A DNA stretch of 64,000 nucleotides from Schmidtea nova (taxonomy: Eukaryota), in assembly GCA_044892505.1 (NCBI GenBank), contig CM097883.1:318370001-318434000 (forward strand). The letters run 5' to 3'. Shown here piece after piece: positions 63,823 to 64,000 of the stretch; positions within the stretch are counted from its first letter, which is position 1, and each line of letters begins with the position of its first letter. A program made the position numbers and the translations under genes. The notes under the pieces were generated by a model, which searched no databases, was not told the DNA's origin, and worked only from the letters and a program-made list of their open reading frames with translations.

Positions 63823-64000
63823 TTAAAACAAATTGGTCCATCTGTCAGAATTCCTCCTGCTTCGGGATTCCACGAAGTATTTAGTGCAATCGTGGGGGTA
63901 ATCTTGCTCGAGGTCAATCGGCCACTCCTGGCTTCCATGCCAGATGATCTTGTCAGTACTACTTCGAAAGAGGCTTAATGCTAGAGATCTTACTGCTGGT
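63823..64000 (-). pseudogene. Family X ORF2 fragment (copy C)
   Basis: DKIIWHGSQEWPIDLEQDYPHDCTKYFV aligns with HHVRYRGCPSWPIIPSEDYELGYAD*FV of copy B. Confidence 0.55.

Larger units (their letters stand above)
62403..64000 (-). mobile_element. Family X copy C (5' part beyond window)
   Basis: ORF2 and ORF3 homologues, both conserved 3' motifs, and a minus-strand terminus ...CTAGTCGGTGCA at 62403. Confidence 0.7.

Overview
Very AT-rich, intron-containing animal genomic DNA with four N gaps. The 41-50 bp minimal introns and TE content suggest a triclad flatworm or similar invertebrate; this is inference, not identification. Two host genes can be reconstructed exon by exon and lie head-to-head with 376 bp between their ATGs. 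(1) Minus strand, 55094..20860: a 14-exon, 778-aa secreted astacin (M12A) metalloprotease with 11 C-terminal ShKT domains, almost no prodomain and one GC-AG intron. (2) Plus strand, 55471..57345: a 6-exon, 307-aa TRAP-alpha/SSR1. Most of the rest is transposon debris: mariner, pogo/Tigger, Tc1-like, hAT, piggyBac-like, Merlin-like and foldback MITEs, a head-to-tail Helitron array, Gypsy pol remnants, solo LTRs, a Ginger2-like integrase and a Polinton-type polymerase remnant. The main discovery candidate is an unclassified element ('family X') present in three diverged copies (12178..15230 +, 15607..19775 +, 62403..>64000 -). The two complete copies have TG...CA termini and copy B has a 5-bp target duplication. 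They share a CCAAT plus palindromic TATA promoter, two or three small ORFs conserved at the protein level, and fixed-spacing non-coding 3' motifs. No RT, integrase or transposase is visible in them.
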